Below, in pieces: positions 60,923 to 64,000 of a DNA stretch of 64,000 bases. The DNA comes from an uncultured Oscillospiraceae bacterium (GTDB lineage: Bacteria; Bacillota; Clostridia; Christensenellales; CAG-138): contig CAZCAV010000004.1 of assembly GCA_964496795.1 (NCBI GenBank), positions 4,660 to 68,659 on the forward strand, written 5' to 3'. Every line of letters begins with the position of its first letter. Positions within the stretch are counted from its first letter, which is position 1. The translations under genes were made by a program, and so were the position numbers. The notes under the pieces were generated by a model that was given only the letters and a program-made list of their open reading frames with translations, made no database searches and was not told the origin of the DNA.

Positions 60923-63376
60923 TCAGATGAACAGATTGACGTTGGATTCCTCGGCGTCGCCAAGATAAGCGCCCACGCCGCCAAGCTCCACGCCGTCGAT
61001 CAGCTCCTCCGGCTTTATGCCCATAACGTCCATGCTCATGGTGCAGGCGACGATCCTTACGCCCTGCTTCAGCGCCTTTTGAATCAGCGTTTCCAGCGAA
61101 TCCACGTTCTTGTCGTTCATGATCTTTTTCATCATTGCGGTTCCCATGCCGCCCATATTCATTTTGGAAAGCCCCAGCTTGCGGCTTCCGCGCGGCAGCA
61201 TGGCGCCGAACATGGCTTCCATGAAGGTCTTTTGAACGGGCTGCTTTTCAGCCTTTCGAAGTGCGCTCAGGCCCCAGAAGGTGAAAAACATCGTTACCGG
61301 CCGGCCCATAGCGGCAGCGCCGTTGGCGATGATGAAGCCGGCCAGCACCTTGTCGAGGTCGCCGGAAAACACGATGATCGTCTTGCCCTCGGCGACAGCG
61401 CCGGAACCCGCTGCGACGGTCTGTCCGCCCTTTTGCACGACGGCCACATAGTCGTTTCCGCGCTTTTCATTGGCCACGAGCGTATTGCCGGTGCGGCGGC
61501 ACCATGCGCCGATATCCTTGGCAAAGCCGGGATCGGAGGCCGACACTTCCATACAGGCGCCGTCCTGCATACCCTGCATGGTCTCAAACACCTTCATGAT
61601 CGGGCCGGGACACTGCATGCCGCTGCAATCAAGGCGCATGGACGCCGTGGGAATCACGCCGCCCTCCACATGCCCGCTGTCCGCGACAGGCAGGCTGACC
61701 GTGTTTTCCATAGCCGTCTCCTTATAATGTGTAGATTGATAGAAGCGGACGCCGGCCGGATAGATCCGCACATCCGAAAAGCCGTTTTGCATCAGTATAC
61801 GCGCGGCGTTGTAGGCGCGCACGCCGATGGGGCAGAATACGATGATCCGCGCACCCCTGTCAAGCTCGTCAAGCCTTTCGCGAAGCTGGCCGAGCGGAAT
61901 ATGCCTGGCGTTTGGCAGAGAAAAGGCCATGAGCTCCGCGTCTTCGCGCACATCGAGCAGCACAGCGTCGGGCTCCTTTTCTGCGGCGTCCCATGCGGCA
62001 AAGCGAACCATGCCGCTGAGGACGTTTTCCGCCACAAAGCCCGCCATGTTCACGGGGTCCTTGGCCGAGGAGAACGGCGGCGCGTAGGCCAGCTCCAGTG
62101 ACTTGAGCTCCTCGACGCCCCCGCCAAGCCGGAGCACGGCGGAGATAACGTCGATGCGCTTATCCACGCCATCCCTTCCCACGATCTGCGCGCCGAACAG
62201 CTTCTTTCCGTCCATCGAAAAGAGCAGCTTGAGCGTCATCGGCGCCGCGCCGGGATAGTAGCCCGCATGAGAATTCTGTGCGATAACAGCGCTTTGATAG
62301 TCTCTGCCCTTTTGCAGTCCGCGCTTCATAAGCGTTTTTTCGCTTGCGCCGGTCGCGGCGGCGCACAGATCGAACACCTTGGCTATGGACGTTCCCTGCG
62401 TTCCGCGGTAGCTCTCACGGCCGCCGGCGATATTGTCCGCGGCAATACGCCCCTGCTTGTTGGCGGGCCCGGCCAGCGGGATCATCGTGCGATCCTTCCA
62501 TATAAAATCCTCCACCTCCGTCACGTCGCCGACGGCATAGATGCTCGGATCGGAGCTAAGCATGTGCTCGTCGACGACAACGCCGCCCCGTGCGTTGACC
62601 TCGAGCCCGCAGGCCCTGGCCAGTTCGCCGTTTGGACGCACGCCGATGGAGAGCAGCACAAGCTCCGCGCTGATAGTCTTACCGCTTTTGAGAGTGATCG
62701 CTACGCCGTCGCCCGTATCGGCAAACGAGGTGACGCCGTCGCCCAGATACAGTTTCACGCCGTTTTGTTCGATGTTTTCATGCAGAAGCTGCGCCATTTC
62801 ATAATCCAGCGGCGCCATGACCTGATCGAGCATCTCAACGATGGAGACCGCGATCCCCCCGCGGCGCAGGTTCTCGGCCATCTCCAGTCCGATAAAGCCG
62901 CCGCCGACGACCGCCGCGGTCTTTACGCCGCCGGCGCGTATCAGTGAGCGGATATCGTCCGTATCCGGCACGGTCCACAGCGTCCGGATGCGCGGCGAGT
63001 CCATGCCCGGAATCGGCGGCTTCATGGGCGATGAGCCGGAGGCGAGCACAAGCGTATCGTAGTCCTCCCCGTACGTTTCGCCCGTGACGCGGTTTTTCAC
63101 CGTCACGGTCTTTCGGGCGCGGTCAATGGACGCCACCTCGCTCTGAACGCGCACGTCCACGCGGAAGTTCTGCCGCATGGCCTCAGGCGTTTGCAGCAAA
63201 AGGGCGCTGCGCGACTTGATAACGTCGCCCACATGATAGGGCAGGCCGCAGTTGGCGTAGGAAATGTATTCCCCGCGTTCCAAAAGCACGATCTCGGCGG
63301 CTTCGTCAAGCCTTCTGAGGCGGGCGGCGCAGCTTGCTCCGCCTGCAACGCCGCCGATAATGACTGTTTTACTCAT
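60923..63376 (-). CDS. CoA-disulfide-reductase-type pyridine-nucleotide-disulfide oxidoreductase fused to rhodanese, TusA/SirA-like and DsrE/DrsE-like domains
   Basis: The start is ATG 63376 (MSKTVIIGGVAGGASCAARL). The redox Cys is in YANCGLPY. The rhodanese part has VLLDVRE..IIVFCPIGVRA, the TusA-like part has GMQCPGP, and the DsrE-like C-terminus has IIVFSGDLDKVLAGFIIANGAAAMG. Confidence 0.85.
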   Translation of the reverse strand: MSKTVIIGGVAGGASCAARLRRLDEAAEIVLLERGEYISYANCGLPYHVGDVIKSRSALLLQTPEAMRQNFRVDVRVQSEVASIDRARKTVTVKNRVTGETYGEDYDTLVLASGSSPMKPPIPGMDSPRIRTLWTVPDTDDIRSLIRAGGVKTAAVVGGGFIGLEMAENLRRGGIAVSIVEMLDQVMAPLDYEMAQLLHENIEQNGVKLYLGDGVTSFADTGDGVAITLKSGKTISAELVLLSIGVRPNGELARACGLEVNARGGVVVDEHMLSSDPSIYAVGDVTEVEDFIWKDRTMIPLAGPANKQGRIAADNIAGGRESYRGTQGTSIAKVFDLCAAATGASEKTLMKRGLQKGRDYQSAVIAQNSHAGYYPGAAPMTLKLLFSMDGKKLFGAQIVGRDGVDKRIDVISAVLRLGGGVEELKSLELAYAPPFSSAKDPVNMAGFVAENVLSGMVRFAAWDAAEKEPDAVLLDVREDAELMAFSLPNARHIPLGQLRERLDELDRGARIIVFCPIGVRAYNAARILMQNGFSDVRIYPAGVRFYQSTHYKETAMENTVSLPVADSGHVEGGVIPTASMRLDCSGMQCPGPIMKVFETMQGMQDGACMEVSASDPGFAKDIGAWCRRTGNTLVANEKRGNDYVAVVQKGGQTVAAGSGAVAEGKTIIVFSGDLDKVLAGFIIANGAAAMGRPVTMFFTFWGLSALRKAEKQPVQKTFMEAMFGAMLPRGSRKLGLSKMNMGGMGTAMMKKIMNDKNVDSLETLIQKALKQGVRIVACTMSMDVMGIKPEELIDGVELGGVGAYLGDAEESNVNLFI

Positions 63377-63620
63377 GATGCTCCTCCTCCTGCCGGACGG
63401 CCGCGCACGCGCAGCCGCTGTCGGGCGCAAGCACAAAGCCCAGCAATGCGCCTATCGTTCCCCCATAGATGGCGGAAATATACGGATCAGAGGCGATCAT
63501 GCAGCTTCCGCCCGCGCAGCCGGCCGATCGATAGTACAGATATCCGCCAAGGGCTCCGGCGATTGTTCCTATTATAATGGGAAGATACCTCCGTAAAGCC
63601 GTCCTTCTATCCTGTTTCAC
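63369..63620 (-). CDS. Small membrane protein with a GCxGGxC motif (DUF6132-like)
   Basis: The 83-aa product has IIGTIAGALGGYLYYRSAGCAGGSCMIASDPYISAIYGG. Its stop overlaps the CoADR start by 8 nt. Confidence 0.6.
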   Translation of the reverse strand: MKQDRRTALRRYLPIIIGTIAGALGGYLYYRSAGCAGGSCMIASDPYISAIYGGTIGALLGFVLAPDSGCACAAVRQEEEHHE

Positions 63621-63622
63621 AG

Positions 63623-63665
63623 AAAAAAGCGCCCCCTTTCATTTGCTTCATTATAGCGGGGGCGC
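63623..63665 (-). terminator. Possible terminator of the upstream glnN-like gene
   Basis: On the minus strand, gcgccccc, a 21-nt loop and gggggcgc are followed by tttttt. The large loop lowers confidence. Confidence 0.4.
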
Positions 63666-63731
63666 GGGCATTTGACTGTGAGTTTGTCACGATGGCTCTG
63701 CGGCCGGTCTTAGGGCAGATTCAAGCGGTCT

Positions 63732-64000
63732 TTATCGGACGCCGAACAGGAGCTCGCCGTAGGTCGGGAATGGCCAGCAGCTTTCCGCAGTGAGCGTCTC
63801 CAGCTCGTCCGCGCAGAGCCTCAGCTCGTTCATGGCCGGCAGCACATGATCGCGAAACAGGCAGGCCTGCGCGCCAAAGTCCGTCTCGCCGCCGGAGACG
63901 ATCAGCACGGACTCCAGCGCGCCCGCCTTATCGAGCAGCGTGTCCGTGAGCTTGGATAGGCGCTCGACCAGCGCAGCCTCCGCGCCGCATGCCAGCTCCG
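63732..64000 (-). CDS. 3' end of a larger gene, resembling the type III glutamine synthetase C-terminus
   Basis: My own translation of the minus strand gives ..FRDHVLPAMNELRLCADELETLTAESCWPFPTYGELLFGVR*. The WPFPTYxxLLF ending is remembered from GSIII proteins. The frame is open to the window edge. Confidence 0.5.
   Translation of the reverse strand, partial: ELACGAEAALVERLSKLTDTLLDKAGALESVLIVSGGETDFGAQACLFRDHVLPAMNELRLCADELETLTAESCWPFPTYGELLFGVR

Noticed and set aside
1-64000. CRISPR arrays, rRNA/tRNA genes, insertion sequences, and defence or toxin-antitoxin systems.
   Set aside because: No spaced direct-repeat array was seen. The non-coding gaps I examined contain promoters, operators, hairpins or a leader ORF, and I saw no RNA gene in them. 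No product resembles a transposase, integrase, nuclease-helicase defence protein or TA pair.

Overview
This is a gene-dense 64-kb chromosomal segment, mostly about 60-70% G+C. It has GGAGG-type ribosome-binding sites and Clostridia-style gene families, so an anaerobic Firmicute is likely (taxon is inference). I see no rRNA, tRNA, CRISPR array, transposase or integrase. Nearly all content is accessory catabolism in tight operons. (1) 1-7380 (+): a polyol/tetritol-type operon with an FGGY kinase, Zn-dehydrogenase, RpiB-type isomerase, DhaK/DhaL, two class II aldolase-fold proteins and a PHP phosphatase. (2) 7512-21266 (-): a 13-gene operon headed by a pair resembling a C-glycoside deglycosidase (small subunit plus TIM barrel). 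It also holds Gfo/Idh/MocA oxidoreductases, a CocE/NonD hydrolase, a sugar ABC importer and an odd methyltransferase-fold/flavoprotein/ferredoxin block. It is divergent from an AraC regulator fused to a GH39-like domain that appears catalytically dead. (3) bioY, an ArsR-permease-thioredoxin unit and a frameshifted GNAT gene. (4) 27043-31949 (-): a GPH symporter, a single-chain ETF-like flavoprotein, a KduD-like SDR and an FGGY kinase. (5) 32031-45450: an IclR-centred divergon. One arm has an OpuC-type quaternary-amine ABC importer, an FAD oxidase and a racemase. The other has a PanB homologue, an opine-dehydrogenase-like protein, two tandem non-pyrrolysine MttB-family methyltransferases and a GlcD-like oxidase. 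No corrinoid protein is in the window; this is my top candidate for an undescribed pathway. (6) About 45.5-56.2 kb: a compositionally distinct island (about 42-47% G+C in hand-counted lines). It carries an FdrA/DUF1116 module with a flavoprotein, an IlvD/Edd dehydratase, an MBL hydrolase and an acetate-kinase paralogue. It shows decay: a kdgK frameshift, a split fdrA, and a deletion junction that beheads two divergent genes. (7) A consensus promoter, a 52-codon Tyr-rich leader ORF and an intrinsic terminator sit in front of an ABC importer. (8) An MBL hydrolase, an 817-aa CoA-disulfide-reductase/rhodanese/TusA/DsrE fusion with a small Cys-motif membrane protein, and the 3' end of a gene resembling type III glutamine synthetase. 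All functional calls come from reading the translations by eye; none was checked against a database.
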